The notes under the pieces were generated by a model. That model was not told the DNA's origin and searched no databases. It worked only from the letters and a program-made list of their open reading frames with translations. This document shows, piece after piece, positions 54,715 to 64,000 of a stretch of DNA of 64,000 nucleotides (its first letter is position 1; the number at the start of each line of letters is the position of its first letter). The DNA lies in contig NW_027117339.1 in the NCBI RefSeq assembly GCF_038025025.1, positions 1,426,001 through 1,490,000 on the forward strand, in the 5' to 3' direction. Both the position numbers and the translations under genes were made by a program. Origin of the DNA: Phyllosticta citribraziliensis (lineage: Eukaryota).

Positions 54715-56334
54715 ATGCCGAGCAAGAAGAATTCGCAGCCATGCTACGTCCTCGGCGTAGGCATGACCAAGTTCATCAAGCCGCGCGGCAAGGTCGATTA
54801 CCATGAGCTGGGCTTCGAGGCCGGCGTCAAGGCGCTGTTGGACGCGCAAATCAACTACGACGATGTCGAGCAAGGCAAGCCGCGAGTGTCAAAACCTATC
54901 AAACAAAGAACTAACAAGGAGAATAGGCTTCGCATGCTACTGCTACGGCGACAGCACGTGCGGACAGCGGGTTTTCTACCAATTTGGCATGACGTCAATC
55001 CCGATCGTGAACGTCAACAACAACTGCAGCACCGGGTCAACGGGGCTGTACGCGGGCAGGACCATGGTTTCCAGCGGAGCCGCAGACTGCGTCATGGTGC
55101 TCGGATTCGAAAAAATGAGCCCTGGTTCGCTGCAGGCCTATTTTCAGGATCGCACCAACCCCACCCACACGACGAACTTGATGCTGAAGCAGACGCGCGG
55201 CGTCACGAATGCTCCCGGCGCTGCTCAGCTCTTCGGCAATGCCGGTCGAGTCAGTAATGTCTTTCCCAAGGGACTCCAAATCTACATTGCTAACGATGCC
55301 CAGGAGTACATGGAGAAGTGAGTTTGTGAGGTGTTTGGAAACTTGCCCCTGAGCCACACCCCTGAGCCAACCATCTATTGCCATCACCTCGCCATCTACT
55401 AGGTCTATGATGATGACCGCAAGATTAACAAACAACTCCCAGATACGGGGCCACCGCCGCCGACTTTGCTGAAATCGCACGCATCAACCACGCGCACTCG
55501 GCCGCCAACCCCTACTCCCAGTTCCGCGACGTCTACACACTCGACCAGGTGCTCTCGTCGCCGACCATCCACGCGCCGCTGACCAAGCTGCAATGCTGTC
55601 CGACGTCCGACGGCGCGGCGGCCGCAATCCTGGTCTCCGAGGCGTTTCTGGACGCGCGGCCGCACCTGCGAGCGCAGGCCATCCGCATCGCAGGACAGGC
55701 CATGCGGACGGACTCGCCGCGGCTGTTCAGCCGGTCGGCCATCGAGCTGGTGGGCTACGGGATGGGGCGCGAGGCGGGCGCGGCGGCGCTGGCCGAGGCG
55801 CAGGCGGGCGTCGACCGCGTCCGCGTGTGCGAGCTGCACGACTGCTTCAGCGCCAACGAGATGGTGACGCTGGACGCGCTGGGCCTGTCCGGCGGCCAGG
55901 GCCGCGCCCACGACATGGTGCGCCGCGGCGACATCACGCACGGCGGGAGAGTGCTCGTCAACCCCTCGGGCGGCCTCATCTCAAAGGGCCACCCTCTCGG
56001 CGCCACGGGCCTGGCGCAGTGCGCCGAGCTCGTCTGGCAGCTGCGCGGGTGGGCGAACAACCGCCTCGCGCCAGTCCAGCCTGGCGACGTCGCGCTGCAG
56101 CACAACTTGGGGCTCGGCGGCGCGGCCGTCGTGTCGGTCTACGTCCGCTCGGACGGCAAGGCAAACTCGTCGGTTGCCGATGACGAGGTCGCCAGGTTGA
56201 CCGGGCTCGGATATAACCCTGCCACTACGGCCCGGGGGTTCACTCGGGAGCAGGTGGACCGCGTCAGGAGCAAGAAGGCGAGGAGCGAGTGGGCGCTGCA
56301 GGATACGCTGGAAAAGGTCGAGAGCCGGTTCTGA
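54715..56334 (+). CDS. SCP-x-type thiolase (nonspecific lipid-transfer protein thiolase), likely peroxisomal
   Basis: VLGVGMTKF, NVNNNCSTGS, CCPTSDGAAA, ELHDCF, NPSGGLISKGHPLGATG, QHNLGLGG. C-terminal SRF is PTS1-like. Introns 54875-54926 (GC-AG), 55250-55303, 55318-55442. Confidence 0.95.
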
Positions 56335-57807
56335 TTGGAGAGTTAGTTGGTTTGACCTTTTTCGCCCGATGTATATACTCGCCGTCTTTTGAGGCGACCA
56401 TGTGCACTAGTCGGAAACACCAGCAGTATTTGGCCTCAGTACATTCAAGTCTATCACGATCCAGATCACCTACGAAACACGGATCTAATTGGCGGGCGGC
56501 AAACATGGATAGTTGAAAGTGAATGATGTGCTACTGCACGCGACACTCCACAACTTCAGGTATCAATTTTGCTGCTGGTCTGCAAGCAGATCTGGCCAAG
56601 ATAAGCCGGAAGTCAAAGTGAGCAAGCATATAAGCATCACTTCGACAAATCAACAGTAGCAGAGAGAAGCAAGCAGGCAACGAAATCATGTATGCGTGGT
56701 CGAATCTTCATCTCGACAAGTCTCAATTTTTATTTCCTCTGCTACCCCCGCTTTCCACTTCCCTCAATCACCCACCCCCACACCCAATCTCTTGACAACT
56801 TGATTCACTTCTCCACCTCGTAAGCCGAAAAATCGCGGTGTTGTTTGGTTTCAACACGGCAAGAAAAGCAACAGCAGTACCAGTAGCAGCAGACAGCAAA
56901 TTCCTTGCTACTGTGAAAAAAGGACGCATAAAGCAAAACGCCGACCAACATCAAAGCAAAAGGACCCAACTTGCTTTGCTACCGTGGGAGCAAAATAACG
57001 CAGAAACGCCTCACCAGAAACAGACCCAGACCCTTCATAGTGGCCTAGCGGTGGCCAAGCGTGAAGTGGTCGCATCATCATCCCACCTTGACCCGAACCC
57101 AACCCCCCTTTAGATTTACCGAGGAACTGAAAAACTGAAAAAGACAGGATTGTTACAGCAAGAAGCGAAGAAAAGAGGGAGGGACTAGGTAAACAGACCC
57201 CAGTAGCCCCTCTCCAGCGACAGCGGCCATCGCATGGAGGAGCTGGGATAAGCACAGTGTACAAGCACGGAGGTTTCCCACGCCGGCGCACCACGCAGCG
57301 GCGATCGCGCAGGGGGGGCATGGTGCATTGGTGAAACAGGAACAGAAAGACGGCAAGCAAGACAAAGGAAAATAAAGTGACGACGGGGACAGAGGAGATG
57401 GCGGGTGGTGGTTGGGGCATAGCAAAGGAGAGAAATGAAGAAAAGGGGGAGGCCGGGGCACTAAGAGAAGGAGGAGAAGAGAAAAAAAGCCGGGTATACA
57501 ATGCCGCTAAAAGGGGTTTGAAACGCAACAGAACGTGATATCGACGCTGAAAGGTGAAAACTTGAAACCTCGGAAATAAATCCCGTGTGATCGGGACCCC
57601 ATCTGGATTACAGAAAATTAAGTAGGTTGGTGTAAGGGTGGGGGGCGGGGAATGGGCGAAAGCAGAAGCAGGATTGCGCGCGTGGTATCAGAGCATTATT
57701 GTGGAAAAGACGGACGGAGCGTTGGGTTGAAATTGGCATGCGCCGGGGAATTGTCAACAGTATTTTGGTGTTGATGGAAGATGGTGATTTTGGTGTTGAG
57801 TCATGGT

Positions 57808-60188
57808 TCATCTTTGCCTGTAGACCAACGACGACGGCATGCCGCCACCGCCAGCGTCTGAGGACTGATCTGTTTCACTCAGACCACTGGCACTGCCGGC
57901 CGTTGCGGGCCGCCGCTCGTTGGCGCCGGACCATCGTCGGTTGCGGCTGTGTTGGTGTTGTGAACTTGACTTGGAACCCACGCCGCCGTCTTCGGTCCAA
58001 GTCGCTTCGGTGGTCTCGCTAATGTGCAAGTGTGCGTCTGAACAGTTGTTGCGCATCAGGGCACCAAAGGCCGTCGTCTGAGAATACACGATAGGTCCCC
58101 ATATGCGCCAGTGAAGGACAGCAATGTGTGTCGTACGTCGAGCAAGGTCGTCGAGGTATTCCGAGGAAAGCGCTATCGTTTCGTCGTCAGGGACCAAGCC
58201 ACTGCCGGGGCCACTGCCGTTTAGGCAGCGTTGATAGTCTTGACCAGAGGGTGACGTTGCAATCGGGCTCGGGACCGGCGAGCCCGAAGACTTGGTGTTG
58301 ATGAGCGAGTTGAAAATGTCAATCGGAGAGGAGTTGGCAACGGCATCGGTGTTACGAATCACGCGCGCCGTGAGGGCCTCGCGCATGCCACCGGCTTGCT
58401 CATGAAAGACCATGCCGAACTCGGGGCGGATGAGATGGCGCAAGCGCGAGGTGGTGGCTTCGACGAGGTTGGGGTCATAGCTGGAGCTGGAGCCGTAGTG
58501 TGACAGGGCATGCCGGACCAGCTCGATTGCAATGTTGTCAATGTTTACCAACCAATGTTGATTGCTGTTTGTCCCAGCAACTTCGTTTGCCACGACAATT
58601 GCGGAAATGGCCTCTCGGAGAGCCTGGAGGTTCTGCGACGGGACGGTTGCGGCGCAGCCGATCCTCTTGAGCAGGGACTTGTATGTCTCCGTGCAAGCCC
58701 CCAAGTAGACCTGGTCGCGAAATTCTGCCCGAAGAGCTCGGAGACGATCAAAGTCGAGATATAGCGCTTCGGGAAAAGACCCTTGGCGGTCCGACGAGGT
58801 CAATAACGAGAGCAGCGCTCTGACAATGGCTCGGAGGCCACGATCCTTGGCCTTGCGATCGGTTGCTATGCTGCGGCAGGTGATGGCGTGTTGGGCAAAC
58901 CAGCACTGGCTGCGCTGGACCAGGATCCGTCGTCGTGCTATGCGGTCTAGGTGGTACTTTTGCTCGAAATTGACAGTGTCCTCGATGAGTAAGGCGCGCA
59001 GGTGCCGAATTTGGTGGTTGGCGACGTCCTGCTCGGTCTCCGAATTAGCCTTTGGCGCCATTCTGACGTGTCAAGCAGGGACAAGTTGAGAAACATTGTT
59101 GATCAACAACTCACCAGTTTCATTGCTTCCAGGATACCCAGGAGCTCACGGAGGCCGTTGACCAAGGATCTGCCTGAGCCACCTCGCGTTCCCAGGTCAA
59201 TCTGCTCGACCATCTTGTCCACCCACTCGTCTCTGACGGGGGCGCAATGGGATTTGAGAAGTTGCGAAAGCCACTTTGCCAGGCTGACCAAGTCGCACAC
59301 GCCCTTTTCAATCTGCTGCATGAGCATCTTCGTGTCCAACTGCTCGTCGACCCATGATTGCTCCTGATCTGGAACCAAGCTCTTGACAATGTCCCGTAGC
59401 GTGTCAAACATGAATGGAATCCTTCTCTGGGCAATCTTGGCAGTGCGTGACCAGGACGCGTCCTCGCGCGTCGCGTGAGACGAAGCGCTGTGGAATAAAA
59501 AGGTGTAGAGGTCCAGTTCCGCGGCCAGGGCACTCCAGTAATCCTCGGCGGTTTTGAGCTTGAACTTGCCCTTTGCTCCGTCAAAGTTGGGCCGAAAGTG
59601 CAGCTCCTTGTCGAAATTGACGTCGTGGCGCAGCTTTGGATTGTTGATGATGGCTGCAATGTCGAGCTCGCTCAGGGAGTGCTTGGTGATGGGGGGATAT
59701 AAGCTGGCCTGGGCAAAGCTCTGCGCCAACCGCGCTCCTTTGGAACCACCGGCCTGTTTCTCTATCCACTGGCACAAATCTGCCAGAATCTCGGCGTCTG
59801 TGATTTGCTTCTTGTCCACTTCCAGCGCAATTGCCTTGCGTGCCTCGTCATCTTGCTCATGGTCCAAAAAGCCGTCGGGGTGGTCCTCGCGGAATTCCGA
59901 GCCGCTCCTTTTCCGGCGGACGCCCATGAGCTCCGGTCGACGGTGATATTTCTCCCCGTTGGTGGCGGCGGCTGCAGAGGTCTGCTTGACGGCTTGACGT
60001 GCTGAGCGGTCCGGGGTTGCAGTCGAAACTGACGAGTAGCGGAGCGAGTTTTGTTCGGCGGGCTCATAGCTAGAGCCCATGGAAGAGCCGCGACGAGACT
60101 TGTCCTGGGTTTGCGAGGCCATGTTTTGTTTTGGGCGGGCAGCGGTCGTTCGTTGTTGTTCTAGCTCCTTCCGGTCGACGGCCGTCAT
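57808..60188 (-). CDS. SOK1: Sok1 / T-complex 11 domain protein
   Basis: PPITKHSLSELD...NPKLRHDVNFDKELHFRPN, KSHCAPVRD, LEAMKL|DVANHQIR across intron 59114-59029, HWRIWGPIVY. Confidence 0.93.
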
Positions 60189-60764
60189 TCGCAAGAGTAG
60201 GTTTGAAATTGACCAACAGGTCGGAGGGACAAGTAAAAGACTAGAGCCAGATGGGGCCAAGGCGGGAGGGCCCGCGAGGAAGGGAGGTTGAAAGGTTGAG
60301 AGGGAGGTTGAGAGAAGGGGACAGTTTAGCGAGATGGTAGTGGTTGAGGTGGGGAGAGGCAGGAGGAAGGTAATATCGGCAGGCAAGCCAAGGCAGTGGC
60401 TCGCACAGGGTTGGATGCAACAAAGGGCGTGGAAGGATGACTGAGACGGCGTCAGTTGGGTTGGGCGGATTTGGTAAGAGGTCGGGTTTGTCGAGCACAA
60501 GAGTCGTGTGGGACTTGGAGGGCAGTAGGACGGACGTGCGTGTTTACGGGTCGGCAAGCTGCATGAACGCAGCAGGCAAACGGAGGCCGAGTCAGGGAGA
60601 GGAAGAGGAGGGAAGAATACCTTCACATGGGGCGTAGAGACATTTGGTATAAAGCGGGCGTGGGGTGGGACGAGCTGTTTGCGGCGGCGGGGCGGAGAGG
60701 AGGGAGGAGTCGTGGTGGCCAAAAGGAGAAGGGGAGCGGAGCAGGTGGACGAGAAGGAGAGGGG

Positions 60765-60843
60765 AGAGGAGGAGGAGGAGGAGGAGGAGGAGAAGAAGAA
60801 GAAGGAGAAGAAGAAGAAGAAGAAGAGAGAGAGAGAGAGAGAT
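60765..60843 (+). repeat. Compound purine microsatellite (GGA)n-(GAA)n-(GA)n
   Basis: Uninterrupted A/G-only tract ggaggaggag...agaagaagaag...gagagagaga, upstream of SOK1. Confidence 0.9.
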
Positions 60844-61882
60844 ACAATGAGTTGTTTTGCAATACCGTCGTGGCCAGGTCAGAATAAGGCGAGTAAGGGT
60901 CAGGAATTGGACGATTCGGCCGTGGTGTTGGATGCAAGGATGCCGCTTGCATGCAGCTCGTTCAAAGGGCAGGCCATGGCAGGCGCACCGAAGCTAAGCT
61001 ACTGTAAGCTAAGCTGACCAGGGCATGCTCTCAGGTCAGTGGGTGCTGTGGGTGGGTGTTAAGACAGCCTTGGCCTGCCTGAGGACGAGGGACGAGGGAG
61101 GAGGGACGCTGGGTGAACCGACAGCCCAGCGCCAGCGCCCTCGGCCAGGCTAGGCCAGCCAGCATCATCACAGCGCCGCTACCTAGGTAGGTACCGACCA
61201 GCCCAGCCACGACAGCAAACATGGCCTCAGTCGTCGCAGCAATGGCGAGGAATTGCGAGGGAGACCCGACCTACATTGCCCACTCTATGTACCGGCCAAC
61301 TCTCGTCTCGACAATGCTGCCTGAGCAGGAGCCAAAAGCCAGAGCCAGACGTCGGCGCCTTGCATTCCGCCTCATTTTTCTCCTCTCTGGCTCTCTCTCT
61401 CTCTTCGCTCCCGTCCGCTCCGCATCCATCTGTCGCCAGCCGGCCTGAACTCGGTCATCTGGAGTGCCAGGCCCGCCGGCTGAGTGCGTCACGTCCACTC
61501 CTGGTAGGAGGGAGGGAGGGAGCTACCTATCCTTTCGTGGCCTGTGCCGCGCAAACCATCTCGCTGCCGTTTTGGGCCAGCCTGCCCGCCACCTCCACTG
61601 CCACCCAGCCTGCCCTCCCTTATGATGCATGTACTTGGTTGTTGCTGCTTGCTTCTGTCGCTGCACCCTCCTCCACTTCGAGAAATAAGGCTGAGCCCTC
61701 TTGCTACACTACTCGTACACGACTCGCCATCCCTGCCGCTCTTTGGCCCCTCAACCTCGTCTCCTCTCCTCTCCGCGTCGTCGTCGTCGTTGTCGTCCAA
61801 ACCGCCGTGCATGCCCTCCTCATTCCAGTCCTTGCAGCCCATCCATTCGCTGCGGAATGATTGCATCCTCTTCCATCCCACA

Positions 61883-63828
61883 TCATCTGCCGTCTCGCCT
61901 GGGGTGCAATGTGCGCTGCAGCTCCACTAGCCGCCCCATCTGCACCAGCCATTTGCTCGCAAACACCGATTCGGTGAACCGCCCTGCGCTCTGCCGCGCC
62001 CGCAGTCGCATCGCCACCTTTTCAACTGTCGATAGCCCCAGTGCCGCTCTGAATCCCTGCGCAAATTGTGTCGCCGTCGTGGCATGGAACCCTGACACGC
62101 TCGTTAGCAAACAATCCTGTCCCGTCGTCGTGTCGTGGAACCACCCACCTGTAGCTCCATCGTCCATCTCAACCACTATGTCCAGCTTCGGCCCTCCGCT
62201 GTCGTTGACCACGCTGATGAGCCCCGCCGCCTGGTACTCGACCACTCCGATGCCAAAGTGCTCATTCCACATGCCGTTGACCCCGACGCTCGCCCGCCGC
62301 AGCCAGTCGAGAATCTGCGGCCATGTGGCGTCGCAAATGAACTCGACCGATTCCTTGATCTTGAGCTCGTGCGCCAGGAGCCGTAGCCTATACACCCGAG
62401 TAGCGTCCTCTGGATTGCGCACAGACCCAATCAGCACGAGCCTTGGCCTTTCCTCTTGCGAATCCTTGGCCCAGGATTGAGCCAGCTCGGCAAAGGCATG
62501 CAGAATCAGCTGGTGGTTCTTCTCTGGCCGGAACTGTGCAATGTACAGCAGGTAAGGCCCTCGCTCCTTTTCAGTCGCTTCCGACACTTCGATTTGCTCC
62601 TCGAGCTCTTCGACCGCAACCGGCGGGAAAACAACCTCGATCGGGTACTGTCCATGCTCCGTTGGCGCTCCCTGCCGCGAGAGCTGCCACGAGAGAATCA
62701 CCGAGTCTACGCATCGCACCTTCTTGAGCCGAGGCCCCCAGAGCTGCTGTATGTGATTCTGCGTCCATGTCGAGTTTGTCATGACCACGTCAACAAAGGT
62801 CCCCACCCAGCTGTACAGCCTCGCAAAGAGCACCCAGTACCACCTTTTCAATGTGCCCTTGAGTCCCTGTCCAGCACCTGCATTGAGACCTTGCGTCTGG
62901 CCCTCGCCTGCCTCAGACACTGCCGAAAGCGACCCGAGCATGTCGGTCGAGATGGTCGGATAGTGAACATATGCTCCTGTGGGCACCAATGGAAAGTAAA
63001 ACTTGGACAGTGCAAGCGCGAACGCGTATCCCATTGTGTCGACAAAAACGTCCGGAACGAGGAGGCTGAATGCATCGTGGGCGAGAATAAGTGAGCCAAG
63101 AGACTGGCCGAGCAGGGTAAAATGGGGCCACGTGCTGCTGAGCACATAGTGACGAGTCGTCAGGTAGAGGAAATGAATGGTTGGTGGATGAAGATGGATG
63201 TTGAAGCGGTCCTGCTACAAGTTAGACCAATGACCCCGCTTGCGAGGGGCAGCCGTGAATACCTCGACTTTTTGGATGATTGTGTTCTTGTCGACGTCGT
63301 GGTCTCCGGTGTAGACGACGCACACGGCGCGGGGGTAGCGTTTCTGGGTCGCGCGGATTGCTGCCCACAGCACTCTCTCGCCGCCGCCTCCGGCATTGCT
63401 GCGAGGCTCAGTTAGAGCTTGGTTGCATTCACTCAGCAGGTCCCGGCTGCTCACCAAAAAGGATGGAAGAAGCCAATGACACCTCTCCAGTTCTTGTCGG
63501 CAGTCTCGCCTGCCGACGATGCACCGGCAGACTCGCTGTCCAACTTGTCCCAGTCCTCGTCCTCGGTCTTGTGGTGCGTGGCAGCGCGCTTGGCCGCGAA
63601 GTCGTTCTCCTCGGCTTCTACTTTGGCCAGCAACAGCTCCCGCCTATTCTGTGTCTTGGCTCGCACATGGTGTCCGACGGCGATTCCAGATGCCCTCACG
63701 ACAAAAGGTACTATGCGGGCCGCGATGTAGAGAACCGTGCATAACCTGGCGACAGTCACGCCAGCGGTCGAGCCGGACCGGATGAGCAGGATGGGGAGGA
63801 TGGCGAGTAGGGCGGTGGCCGGAATCAT
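61883..63828 (-). CDS. ALG11: GDP-Man alpha-1,2-mannosyltransferase Alg11
   Basis: [60 protein letters not shown]. Introns 63454-63399 and 63262-63212, plus two probable in-frame introns. Confidence 0.96.
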
Positions 63829-64000
63829 TTTGTCGTGTCACCCTTTCATCCGGCGGGTGAGAGAGCTTTTCAGACCATTGAGAGACAGCGACGTCGGATG
63901 TTTGGAGTTGGAGAGTGTTAGGTGTTCTGAGCCAGTGCCGGGGTAAGGTAGGTGGTAATTGTGACTGGACTGGCATCATGTGGCTCAAGCTCTCCCGGCG

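Noticed and set aside
56908..57528. 206-aa hydrophobic ORF downstream of SOK1
   Set aside because: Low-complexity T/C-rich 3'UTR-like sequence with a non-ATG start.

Overview
Gene-dense, intron-containing DNA from a filamentous ascomycete (Pezizomycotina; a Dothideomycete is my guess). Introns are short, GT/GC-AG, with CTRAC branch points. I assembled about 25 protein-coding genes by reading splice sites by eye. Most are housekeeping: SDC1/DPY30, RPS13, a Tos1-like cell-wall protein, PEX13, a UBE2W-like E2, a 5-formyl-THF cyclo-ligase-family protein, SET1, RIB4, GFA1, a histidine phosphatase, PRE10, URA6, PCH2, a ubiquitin-like-domain coiled-coil protein, a 2OG-Fe(II) dioxygenase, an NCS1 permease, DUT1, CLIP-170/BIK1, an MFS transporter, an SCP-x-type thiolase, SOK1 and ALG11. 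I recognised no tRNA, rRNA, CRISPR array or intact transposon. Most notable: (1) a KR-flanked, X-Ala-spaced His-rich peptide inside the Tos1-like protein, which would mature to an ATCUN 'DSH' N-terminus; (2) an 86-aa mitochondrial-type membrane ORF ending 25 nt before the URA6 ATG; (3) a divergent dioxygenase/NCS1 pair with GATA sites beside dUTPase; (4) an in-frame stop interrupting an otherwise continuous ORF; (5) two GC-AG introns and two structured long introns. All family calls come from motif recognition, not database searches.
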